Source of the DNA: Nostocoides sp.
GTDB lineage: Bacteria; Actinomycetota; Actinomycetes; Actinomycetales; Dermatophilaceae
Assembly: GCA_025929465.1 (NCBI GenBank)
Contig: JAICMC010000001.1
Location: 1 to 46,692 of the forward strand
DNA length: 46,692 bases
Direction of reading: 5' to 3'
Shown here: piece by piece, positions 8,593 through 16,884 of the stretch
How the letters are laid out: each line of letters starts with the position of its first letter
Numbering within the stretch: position 1 is the stretch's first letter
Made by a program: the position numbers and the translations under genes
Notes under the pieces: generated by a model
Databases searched by the model: none
What the model saw: the letters and a program-made list of their open reading frames with translations, nothing else
What the model was told of the DNA's origin: nothing

Positions 8593-9675
8593 CTAGTCGG
8601 AGGCCTTGAGCGGGGCGATCCGCTCGGTGAATGGCCCGGTGGTCACGCTCTTGGCCACGGCAGCCGCGATCGAGGGGACGTCCTGGAACTGGTAGTTGCA
8701 GGCGGGGCTCGTCTCACTCGCCCACAGGGTGAAGGCCTTGATCTGGGGGTACTGCTTGAGCACGCCGGGAATCTGGCTGTACCAGTCCGCCGTCAGGGCC
8801 GGGTCGTTGGCGTAGAGGACCGAACCGGACTCGGAGATCATCATCGGCTTGTTGGGGTCGATCCCGAGCGAAGGGCCCTTGGTGTGGACCCAGTTGTAGA
8901 ACGGGGAGAGCGCGGCCTCGACCGACTTGTAGTTGGCCGCCTTGACCTGGCCGCTGTTGCAGCCCGAAGCGTTGTAGACGTTCCAGCTGATCCAGTCCAC
9001 CTCGCTGTTGCCAGGCCACAGCGCCCCCGCGCGTGCAAGGTTCTCCGGCGCCCCGGTCATCACCCACGTCCAGACCGCGTTCGTCGCCCCAGCCCCGATG
9101 TAGACCGCGCGAACGTGCTTCCAGGCCGCGATGAACTGCGCAGCATCGCCGCGCACGTCCAGCTTGCGGTGCTGGTTGGCCTCCTGCTCGAAGGTGACGA
9201 AGACGGGGACCTTCAGGCCGGCGATCCCCTTGCCCTGAGCCCGAAGGGTCGCGTCGTACTTGCCGGCAGCGATGTCCTTGTAGGTGACGACGGTGTTGTC
9301 GCTGGAGTAGATGCGGGCGGCGATCGACAGGTGCAGGATCCGGCCGGCTGCCACCGCCGCCTTCTCGACGTCGTCCGGGATCGGCTGCTTGATGTCGTGG
9401 TAGCGGTAGACCATGTCGAACGTGCGGCCGACGAGGTCCTCGACCTTGCCGACGCCAGCCATGGTCGCGGGCTGGGTGGACACGCCCCAGATGACCCCGC
9501 ACGAGGGAACCAGCCGGCTGGAGAGGGTGCACGGCGTGCTCGTCGGGGCGGCCGGCGTCGATGTGGAGCTGGTGGAGCTCGTCGACGCCGAGGGACCGGG
9601 CGCGGCCCCGCCGCCGGAACAGGCGGCGAGCACGCAGAGGAGGGGAAGGAACAGGACGGTGACGATCCGGCGCAC
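8593..9675 (-). CDS. GH26-like (clan GH-A) glycoside hydrolase lipoprotein
   Basis: GTG start, lipobox LAAC, Ser/Thr/Pro linker. TFEQEAN (acid/base Glu), WPGNSEVDWISWNVYN, PMMISESG (nucleophile). The 741-aa ORF call is over-extended at the 5' end. Confidence 0.8.
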   Translation of the reverse strand: MRRIVTVLFLPLLCVLAACSGGGAAPGPSASTSSTSSTSTPAAPTSTPCTLSSRLVPSCGVIWGVSTQPATMAGVGKVEDLVGRTFDMVYRYHDIKQPIPDDVEKAAVAAGRILHLSIAARIYSSDNTVVTYKDIAAGKYDATLRAQGKGIAGLKVPVFVTFEQEANQHRKLDVRGDAAQFIAAWKHVRAVYIGAGATNAVWTWVMTGAPENLARAGALWPGNSEVDWISWNVYNASGCNSGQVKAANYKSVEAALSPFYNWVHTKGPSLGIDPNKPMMISESGSVLYANDPALTADWYSQIPGVLKQYPQIKAFTLWASETSPACNYQFQDVPSIAAAVAKSVTTGPFTERIAPLKASD

Positions 9676-9816
9676 GGTGAGGCTACTCCGCAGGTTGAGG
9701 AAGAGGATGCGGGCAGAGGGTCCCCCGACCGCCGCTGCGGGTAGGTTACCCCGCCCGCCGCTGCCGGACAGAACGGTCCGGCCAGGTCGAGACCAAAGCG
9801 TGTCAGGATGACGCAC

Positions 9817-10695
9817 ATGGCCACGCCGAGTCCGAACCCGCGTACCCGCGCGCCGATCCTCGTCACGGGAGTGCCGCGCTCGGGCACCACCTGGGTGGCC
9901 CGTCAGCTGGCGCTGGCTCCGGGGACGGCGCTGGCCGGCCGGGAGCCGATGAACCCGCGCGGCTCCCAGTACGCCCTGGCCGGAACCCTCACCGGCTGGA
10001 CCGACCTGCACCGCCCCACCGGCCGCCAGCGGACCGCCCTGCGCACCGCATACGCGGGCCTGAACCCGTTGGTCTACAGCCGGTACGGCACCCGCCAGTG
10101 GGCCGCGCCGCTGCCCATGACGCGGGTCGTCGTCAAGGACCCGTTCGCCCTGCTCTCCCTGCCGGCCATCGCCGAGGTCACCGGCGCGAGGGCTGTCATC
10201 GTCGTACGGCACCCCGGGGCGGTCCTGGCCAGCTACCGGCGGATGGGCTGGAGCCCGGACCTGGACGAGCTCGACCCCATCGCCCGGCGCCTCCTCGGTG
10301 AGGAGCGCGCACTGTCGCCGAGCGGGGATGCGGCCACCGACATGGGCGCCTTCTGGGCCGCCCTGCACGACATCGCACTGCCGGGCATCGACGCCACCGG
10401 GGCAACCGTGCTGTTCCACGAGGACATCGCCGCGGGAGGTGCAGCCGCAGCGAGGACGCTCTTCACGGTGCTCGGCCTGACCATGACCGCCGAGGTGGAG
10501 AGGCGCTGGGCCCCGGAGGGCCACGGGTCCTCCGACGCCGCACGGCTGCACAACTTCGACCGCGACCCCCGCGCCGTGGCGACCGGATGGCGCGCCGGCC
10601 TCGACGAGGACGAGCTGGCCGCCCTGGACCGGACGGCGGGTGCCACGCTGGAACAGCTGCGTCGCCGACGGGTCGACCTGTCGCCCCGCGCCTGA
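9817..10695 (+). CDS. PAPS-dependent sulfotransferase (ST2)
   Basis: ILVTGVPRSGTTW, EPMNP, VVKDP, VRHPGAVLASY. ATG 9817 lies 7 nt after CAGGAT (alternative start 9808). Confidence 0.88.
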   Translation: MATPSPNPRTRAPILVTGVPRSGTTWVARQLALAPGTALAGREPMNPRGSQYALAGTLTGWTDLHRPTGRQRTALRTAYAGLNPLVYSRYGTRQWAAPLPMTRVVVKDPFALLSLPAIAEVTGARAVIVVRHPGAVLASYRRMGWSPDLDELDPIARRLLGEERALSPSGDAATDMGAFWAALHDIALPGIDATGATVLFHEDIAAGGAAAARTLFTVLGLTMTAEVERRWAPEGHGSSDAARLHNFDRDPRAVATGWRAGLDEDELAALDRTAGATLEQLRRRRVDLSPRA

Positions 10696-10883
10696 GCCGA
10701 GCACCCGAGGTGGGGATCCGCCTGCGCCGGGCGTGACCTTGTCCCTAGACTGTGCCCCAACAGGCGCCGAGGGGGTGTCCTGACTCATTGCGGTACCGCG
10801 CACTCCCGAGGCGCCCAAGTCTGCCGACCCGTCGGCCGAGGGCCCGACCCTCGGCCGACGGGCGCGGACCGGAAGACATCGAC

Positions 10884-12884
10884 GTGAAGCTTGAGGCGAG
10901 AGACACCGTGACAGGCGTGGACACCAGGTCCCTTGGTCGTGAAGACCGTGCGGACGACAACGCGCCCCAGGGCGCCCCGACGGTCATCTACATCGCGGGC
11001 ACCGGCCGCTCGGGAAGCACCCTGCTCGAGCGCACGCTCGGGGCGATGCCCGGCCACGTCAACGTCGGCGAGCTGCTCGACCTCTACCGGCGGGTTGCGG
11101 TGGCCGACGAGCGCTGCGGGTGTGGCGAGCTGTTCAGCCAGTGCCCGTTCTGGACCGAGGTCGGCCAGGTGGCGTTCGGCGGCTGGAGCTCCGACCTGAT
11201 CGCCGAGCTGGCCCGCCTCCAGGCGCACGTGGCCCGTCAACGCCAGATGCCTGCGGTCCTGGTGCAGCGCCTGCGCCGCTCTCCCGGCCCCGACCTGGCC
11301 CGCTACCAGGACCTGCATGCGCGGCTGTATGCCGCGATCCTCTCGGTCGCCGACGCACGCGTCGTCGTGGATGCCAGCAAGTGGCCCTCCCAGGCGCTCG
11401 CACTGAGTGGACCACGGGTCGACCTGCGGGTGGTCACCGTCGTCCGCGACGTCCGCGGCGTCGCCTTCTCGATGAGCAAACGTCAGGTGGCCCGCCCCCA
11501 GGCGGGCACCTCGGGCGCCACCGAGATGGACCGGCGCGGCGCCGCCGAGGCGGCGGCCCGCTGGACCGTGACCCGGACCGAGTCCGCCGTCGTGGCCCGG
11601 CTCGCGAACCGGCATACGACGTTGGCCTACGAGGACCTCGTCGCCGACCCCGTCGCCAGCGTCCGGCGCGTCCTGTCCGACCTCGACATCTCCTTCGAGC
11701 CGTCCTGGCTCGACCACATCGGCGCGCGCTCCATCGCCCTGCCCAGCAGCCACGGCCTGTCGGGCAACCCCTCACGATTCGCCCACGGGACCGTCCCGCT
11801 GCGGCTCGACCTCGCTTGGACCACAACAATGCCCACGTCGCAACGCCTCACCGCCACCGCCATCGCGGCCCCCGTCCTGCTCGCGGGCGCCCTGACCGGC
11901 CCGTTCCGCCGCCGCACCGACACCGCTGTGCCTGAGGCGCAGCCACGTCCCGAGGACGAGGGTCGCGACTGGCCGCTCGTCTCGGTCGTCGTCACGACCC
12001 GCGGCCGCCCCGAGCTCGTGCGCGAGACCCTCGCCGGCATCGTCGGGCAGGACTACCCGGGCCAGATGGAGGTCATCGTCGTCCACGACCAGGAGGAGCC
12101 CGACCAGACGCTCACCGAGCTGGCCCGCCCCGGGTGCAGCGTCGCGGTCATGCTGAACACCGCCCACAACCCCGGGCTCGCCGGGGCCCGCAACTCCGGG
12201 CTGGACGTGGCCCGCGGTGGCTTCGTCGCGACCTCCGACGACGACGACGTGTGGCACCCCGGCAAGCTGCGGGCCCAGCTGCGTCTCCTTCTCGACGAGC
12301 CGGACCTGCTCGCGGTCGGGTCCGGGATCCGGCTGCTCTTCCCCGGCCGGGTGGTCGAGTGGCGTGGCCGGTCCCCCCGCATCTCCCACGAGACCCTGCT
12401 GCGCAACCGGGTCAAGGAGCTGCACTCCTCGACGCTCGTCATGCGCAAGGAGACGTTCGCCAAGGCCGGCCAGTATGCCGAGAACCTCCCGCACGGCTAC
12501 GCCGAGGACTACGAGTTCCTCCTGCGCGTGGCCCAGGCCGGTGCCATCGGTGTCGTCCGCGAGCCGCTCGCCGACATCCGCAAGGACAACCAGTCCTGGT
12601 TCCTCCAGCGATCGGAGAACACCAGCGAGGCGCTGAGCTTCCTGCTCGACCTGCACCCCGAGCTGGCGACGACTCGTGCCGGGCACGCCCGCATCCTGGG
12701 CCAGATCGCCTTCGCCGAGTCCTCGATGGGCCACCGCCGGACCGCGCTTCAGCTGACCGGCAAGGCGCTTCGCCGATATCCGGTCGCCCCGCACGCCTAC
12801 CTCGCCCTCGTCCAGGCCACGACCGGCGTGGACCCACGCAAGGCGCTGGGCGTGGCCCGCCGCTTCGGGCGGGGGCTGTCATGA
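10884..12884 (+). CDS. Sulfotransferase (ST3)-GT2 glycosyltransferase fusion
   Basis: N-half: YIAGTGRSGSTLL, CGCG..CPFW, VVDASK, VRDVRGVAFS, YEDLVADP. C-half: VSVVVTTRGRPELVRETL, ARNSG, ATSDDDD, EDYEF. Start approximate (GTG 10884 or 10908). Confidence 0.85.
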   Translation: MKLEARDTVTGVDTRSLGREDRADDNAPQGAPTVIYIAGTGRSGSTLLERTLGAMPGHVNVGELLDLYRRVAVADERCGCGELFSQCPFWTEVGQVAFGGWSSDLIAELARLQAHVARQRQMPAVLVQRLRRSPGPDLARYQDLHARLYAAILSVADARVVVDASKWPSQALALSGPRVDLRVVTVVRDVRGVAFSMSKRQVARPQAGTSGATEMDRRGAAEAAARWTVTRTESAVVARLANRHTTLAYEDLVADPVASVRRVLSDLDISFEPSWLDHIGARSIALPSSHGLSGNPSRFAHGTVPLRLDLAWTTTMPTSQRLTATAIAAPVLLAGALTGPFRRRTDTAVPEAQPRPEDEGRDWPLVSVVVTTRGRPELVRETLAGIVGQDYPGQMEVIVVHDQEEPDQTLTELARPGCSVAVMLNTAHNPGLAGARNSGLDVARGGFVATSDDDDVWHPGKLRAQLRLLLDEPDLLAVGSGIRLLFPGRVVEWRGRSPRISHETLLRNRVKELHSSTLVMRKETFAKAGQYAENLPHGYAEDYEFLLRVAQAGAIGVVREPLADIRKDNQSWFLQRSENTSEALSFLLDLHPELATTRAGHARILGQIAFAESSMGHRRTALQLTGKALRRYPVAPHAYLALVQATTGVDPRKALGVARRFGRGLS

Positions 12885-13789
12885 CCCCCACCGGGGGGCG
12901 ACTGCCCAACCTCGTCTACATCGGGCCGGACAAGGCCGGCTCGTCCTGGCTGCACGCGGCGCTGTCGCTCCATCCACAGGTCCACCTGTCCGAGGCCAAG
13001 GACCTGTACTTCTTCGACCGCTTCTACAGCCGCGGACCGCAGTGGTATGCCGAGCAGTTCCGGGGCAGTGGTCCTCAGCACCTGACGGTGGGCGAGGTCT
13101 GCCCCGACTACCTGGCCAGCCCGCAGGCCCCGTCGCGGATGCACGAGGTGATCCCCGAGGCCCGGCTCGTCGCGACCCTGCGGGATCCGGCCACCCGGGC
13201 GTTCTCCTCCTACCTGTACATGCGCAAGCACGGTGAGGGCCCGGACACCTTCCGGGAGGCGCTGAGCACCTTCCCGGACCTGCTGGAGCACGGGCGCTAC
13301 GGCACCCAGCTGCGGCGGTTCCGGCAGTTCTACGGCCCCGACCTGCTCCTCGTCGGTCTGTTCGACGACCTGCGGGAGGACCCGCAGGGCTTCCTCGACG
13401 GGTTGACCGACTGGATGGGTCTGGACCGCAACCAGCTGCCGGAGGGCGACCTCGAGGCCAAGCTCCCGGCCAGCCGGGCCAGGGTGCCGGTCGTGGCGTG
13501 GCTGGTCCGGAGGGCGGCGAACCTCGTGCGCACCCACGACCACGCGACGCTCGTGGGCCGGGTGAAGCGGTCACCGCTCGTCCACCGTCTGCTCTACACC
13601 CCGCTCGGCGACCAGGCTCCGGTGCTGGCCGACGAGGACCGCGACCTGGTCCGGACCGCCCTGTACGAGGAGGTCCTGGAGGCCGAACGGATCACCGGGC
13701 TGCCCCTGCGGGAGCGCTGGGGCTGGCCCGTGGACCAGGCCGCCGCGAACCCAGCCGGCTCGGCCGACCCGCAGCGGGAGGAGAGCTGA
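12881..13789 (+). CDS. PAPS-dependent sulfotransferase (ST4), Sulfotransfer_1 / heparan-sulfate-ST-like
   Basis: PNLVYIGPDKAGSSWL, KDLYFFD, GEVCPDY, LRDPATRAFSSY. ATGA overlap with the upstream gene. Confidence 0.88.
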   Translation: MTPTGGRLPNLVYIGPDKAGSSWLHAALSLHPQVHLSEAKDLYFFDRFYSRGPQWYAEQFRGSGPQHLTVGEVCPDYLASPQAPSRMHEVIPEARLVATLRDPATRAFSSYLYMRKHGEGPDTFREALSTFPDLLEHGRYGTQLRRFRQFYGPDLLLVGLFDDLREDPQGFLDGLTDWMGLDRNQLPEGDLEAKLPASRARVPVVAWLVRRAANLVRTHDHATLVGRVKRSPLVHRLLYTPLGDQAPVLADEDRDLVRTALYEEVLEAERITGLPLRERWGWPVDQAAANPAGSADPQREES

Positions 13790-14691
13790 TGGCGCCCTCG
13801 CTGCGCAAGTCGGTTCCCGCGCCCCTGCAGCGGGCCGGCCGCCGTCTGTACGTCGCCGGCGGGGCGGCCACCTCCGCGCTGCGGGTCCGCCCCGACTTCA
13901 TCATGATCGGTGCCTCACGGGGTGGGACCACCTCGCTGTTCCGGGCGCTCATGGAGCACCCCGACGTCGTGCGTCCCACGTTCCACAAGGGCATCAACTA
14001 CTTCGACCTGAGCTACTTCCGCGGTCCGGCCTGGTACGCGGGTCACTTCCCCACCCGTGCGGCGGCGCGGCACCGCGTCCCGGCCGGTCACCAGCCGCAC
14101 GTGTTCGAGGCGAGCGGCTACTACATGTTCCATCCGTTCGCGCCCGAACGGATGGCCCGTGAGCTGCCCGATGTCAAGCTCGTCGCGATGTTGCGCGACC
14201 CCGTCGAGCGGGCCTACTCGGCATACCAGCACGAGCTGTCCCGTGGCTTCGAGCACGAGACGTTCGAGCGGGCGCTCGACCTGGAGCCCGAACGGCTCGC
14301 CGGCGAGGTCGCGCTGATGCGTCGCGACCCGGCCTACGAGAGCTTCTCCCACCGTCACCATTCCTATGTCGGTCGCGGTGAGTATGCGGTGCTGCTCGAG
14401 CGGTGGTTCGAGCACTTCCCCGCCGAGCAGGTCCACGTCCTCGGCTCGGAGCTGTTCTTCACCGAGCCGGAGCAGACCTTCGCCGACCTCGCGGCCTTCC
14501 TCGGCCTGCCCCCGCACGAGGGGATGCACTTCAAGCGCTACAACGCCGAACCCCGAAGCGGGATGGACCCGGCCACGATGGCGCGCCTGGACGCGCACTT
14601 CGCGTCGCACAACGCGCGGTTGGTGGCCCTGCTGGGCGACGCCTGGCGGGCCCCCGGGTGGGCCACCCTCGGGGCGGACGCCGGGCGTTGA
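13789..14691 (+). CDS. PAPS-dependent sulfotransferase (ST5), Sulfotransfer_1 / heparan-sulfate-ST-like
   Basis: PDFIMIGASRGGTTSL, KGINYFD, FEASGYY, LRDPVERAYSAY, RGEY. TGATG overlap. Confidence 0.9.
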   Translation: MAPSLRKSVPAPLQRAGRRLYVAGGAATSALRVRPDFIMIGASRGGTTSLFRALMEHPDVVRPTFHKGINYFDLSYFRGPAWYAGHFPTRAAARHRVPAGHQPHVFEASGYYMFHPFAPERMARELPDVKLVAMLRDPVERAYSAYQHELSRGFEHETFERALDLEPERLAGEVALMRRDPAYESFSHRHHSYVGRGEYAVLLERWFEHFPAEQVHVLGSELFFTEPEQTFADLAAFLGLPPHEGMHFKRYNAEPRSGMDPATMARLDAHFASHNARLVALLGDAWRAPGWATLGADAGR

Positions 14692-14728
14692 TCCCACCCG
14701 GCGGGCGGTTGACCCCACCGGCCGGGCA
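14687..14728. repeat. Two imperfect 21-nt tandem repeats starting at the ST5 stop codon
   Basis: GTTGATCCCACCCGGCGGGCG / GTTGACCCCACCGGCCGGGCA followed by partial GTGACC. Confidence 0.6.
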
Positions 14729-14732
14729 GTGA

Positions 14733-14766
14733 CCGAGCCGCCGGACCACTCGGCCCGGCGGCTCGG
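14733..14766. terminator. 12-bp hairpin between convergent genes
   Basis: CCGAGCCGCCGG-N10-CCGGCGGCTCGG. Confidence 0.65.
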
Positions 14767-14825
14767 ACCACGACGACGCAGGCACCGCCGCCCCTCGGCG
14801 TCGGTGCCTGCGCACTCGTTGCTGG

Positions 14826-16595
14826 TCAGTGTCGACGCGGTCGGCGGCCGAGTCGCTGCGGGGCGACCCCCACCGCGAGGCGCGGCTCTGCGCGGCGACG
14901 CGCGGTGAGCACGAAGGCACAGCCGAGCAGGATGAGCAGACCGCTCGTCGTCGCCAGGCCGGGCAGCCCGCTCGGGCCGGTCATCGCCAAGGAGGACGAG
15001 CCGAGGGTCTGGGCCAGCTTGACGGCCAACGGCCGGTCGAGCTTGGCGCGCGAGCCGATCGTCCGGCCGGTGAGGTCGACGTAGGCCTGGGCGACCGAGA
15101 CCGTCTTCAGGGCGCCGCTGGAGAAGTCCTGGCGGGTGACGACGTACTGGGCCATCCCGGTGCAGGTCATCGACTGGCGCGGCGCCAGGCTGGCGGCGGG
15201 GCATGAGACGCCGATCGACTGCTTGGCCAGCAGGGTGTCGGTGACCATGATCCTGCTCAGCTGGGTCTGACCGATGTTGGAGACGACGAACTGCAGGGTG
15301 ACCTTGTCACCCGTGTCGGTGTACCCGTTGTGGAAGTACTCGTCAGTGACGTGGGAGATGCGCGACACCAGCTGCAGTCCCGGCTTGGGCTGGGGGGCCT
15401 TCGGGGGCTTGGGAGGCTTGGGGGCCTTCACGTACCGTTGGGCGATCGGCGAGATGACCAGCGTCGAGGTGGTGCTCACGCGGGCCCCGCCCACCTTGGC
15501 CGTGGCCGAGATGACGGCGCTGTTCACCAGCTTGCCGTTGGCCCACTGGCCCCGCTGGATGACGAACCCTGGCGACCAGCAACGGACGGTCTGTCCGGGG
15601 CGGTCCGCGGCGGTGTACAGGGTCGACTTGGGGCAGATCACGGCCAGGCCGCGGTCCCGGAGCAGACGGCTGGTCACCGAGGGCGACACGAGCGTCACGT
15701 TGCCGGAGTTCGACACGTCGTAGACGAAGCCGACCGTGTCGCCCACCGAGACCCGATGGTCACCGTCGGCGTCCCTGGTCAGGTTGTAGAACTGGCTCAC
15801 GGACAGCCCACGGACCGCGGGGATGGACACCGGCGCCGGGACCCAGCCGGTCGTCGTGGTGGAACCGCCGACCGTTGCCGAGGCCCGCGCACTGACGCTG
15901 ACGCTGCCCGCGTCGACATCGGTCTGGGAGAGCGTGCGGACGGTCGTGCAGGTCGTCGAGGCGCCGGCCGGGAGGGACGTCGCCGCGCAGGTCGTGCTTC
16001 CCGACGCCGTGGTGACGACGAGCCGGGTCGCCGCCTCGGCGGTGGTGTTGGTGACCTTCCAGCTGATCCGGTAGACCTCACCGGCATCGACCCGCTTGTT
16101 CTTGTTCTTGTCGACGAGAACCCTTCCGACCAGCGCCACCCTCAGGTCGGTCGCGGAGGGGACGAAGGCGACCTTCGCAGCGGCGACGGTCGGACGGTTC
16201 GGCGCCGTGGTGGTCGGCTGCGACGAGGCGGGAGGGCTCGGCGGCGTGCCGGAGCCGGACGAAGACGGGTCCGGCTGCGGGTCGGACGCGGCCGGCGACG
16301 GCGGGGTCGTCGGGTCCTCAGCGGGCGCCGACGGGGCCGCAGTGGTGGCCGTGGTGGCCGCAGTGGCCGGGTCGGGCATACCAGCCTGGTCCGCCGGGGC
16401 AGACGTGGTGGCCTCCGTCGTCGTCGACGACGATGCGGATGCGGTCGGCGCCGACTCGTCGGCCTGGGCTGCACTCATCGGTGCGAGGGACAGCAGGCCC
16501 AGCACGGCCGCCACCGTGACCAGACCGACCCGTCGGTGCGCCCTCGTCGAGGGACGACGGAACGCCACCCCGGATCCTTTGCTCTGCGAGCGCAT
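14826..16595 (-). CDS. Sortase-anchored surface protein with three DUF11/DUF7507-like Ig repeats
   Basis: Signal peptide (..LLSLAPMSAAQA) and PTS-rich stalk. Repeats GEVYRISWKVTN / GDTVGFVYDVSNSGNVTL / GDKVTLQFVVSNIG, each with a C..L...C pair. C-terminal LAMTG, TM helix and RRR tail. ATG 16595 with GGGGA SD. Confidence 0.8.
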   Translation of the reverse strand: MRSQSKGSGVAFRRPSTRAHRRVGLVTVAAVLGLLSLAPMSAAQADESAPTASASSSTTTEATTSAPADQAGMPDPATAATTATTAAPSAPAEDPTTPPSPAASDPQPDPSSSGSGTPPSPPASSQPTTTAPNRPTVAAAKVAFVPSATDLRVALVGRVLVDKNKNKRVDAGEVYRISWKVTNTTAEAATRLVVTTASGSTTCAATSLPAGASTTCTTVRTLSQTDVDAGSVSVSARASATVGGSTTTTGWVPAPVSIPAVRGLSVSQFYNLTRDADGDHRVSVGDTVGFVYDVSNSGNVTLVSPSVTSRLLRDRGLAVICPKSTLYTAADRPGQTVRCWSPGFVIQRGQWANGKLVNSAVISATAKVGGARVSTTSTLVISPIAQRYVKAPKPPKPPKAPQPKPGLQLVSRISHVTDEYFHNGYTDTGDKVTLQFVVSNIGQTQLSRIMVTDTLLAKQSIGVSCPAASLAPRQSMTCTGMAQYVVTRQDFSSGALKTVSVAQAYVDLTGRTIGSRAKLDRPLAVKLAQTLGSSSLAMTGPSGLPGLATTSGLLILLGCAFVLTARRRAEPRLAVGVAPQRLGRRPRRH

Positions 16596-16742
16596 CGATT
16601 CCCCAAAGTCGTTGGTATGTATACGGTTTCGAAGTCCGGTAGCAACGAACCTGCTCGCTCTTCCCGGACCGGGCCCGACCGCTGGACGACCCACCGCGAC
16701 GATACCCGTCGGGGGCTGGCAGCCTGACCAGAACGCGAAGTT

Positions 16743-16782
16743 CTACCCCTTCGGATGGGGGCTGGGTCATCCGAACGGACAC
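16743..16782. promoter_or_regulatory. Tandem candidate operators upstream of a minus-strand -10 TATCGT (16699-16704)
   Basis: CTACCCCTTCGGATGG (16743-16758) and TCATCCGAACGGACAC (16767-16782). Confidence 0.5.
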
Positions 16783-16846
16783 GTCCGGAGCGGACGACGT
16801 GGACGACGTGTCCGGCCAGCATATGGACGCCCTGACCGTTACGGTA

Positions 16847-16876
16847 TTGATACTTTCGTTATGGAACCGATATGGT
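16847..16876 (+). promoter_or_regulatory. SigA-type promoter of the Tat GH26 gene
   Basis: TTGATA-N18-TATGGT, 8 nt before ATG 16885 (near-leaderless). Confidence 0.55.
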
Positions 16877-16884
16877 CCCGGCTC

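Noticed and set aside
9676-10818. 5' extension of the GH26 lipoprotein ORF (741 aa)
   Set aside because: Antisense to ST2; the lipoprotein signal peptide places the start at 9675.
10752-10883. GTG 10752 as start of the ST-GT2 fusion
   Set aside because: It directly abuts a TAGACT -10 box (10746-10751), so it would lie upstream of the TSS; the extension is low-complexity.
14687-14734. Short repeats as a CRISPR array or MITE
   Set aside because: Only two adjacent imperfect units, no spacers, no cas genes and no terminal inverted repeats with target duplication.
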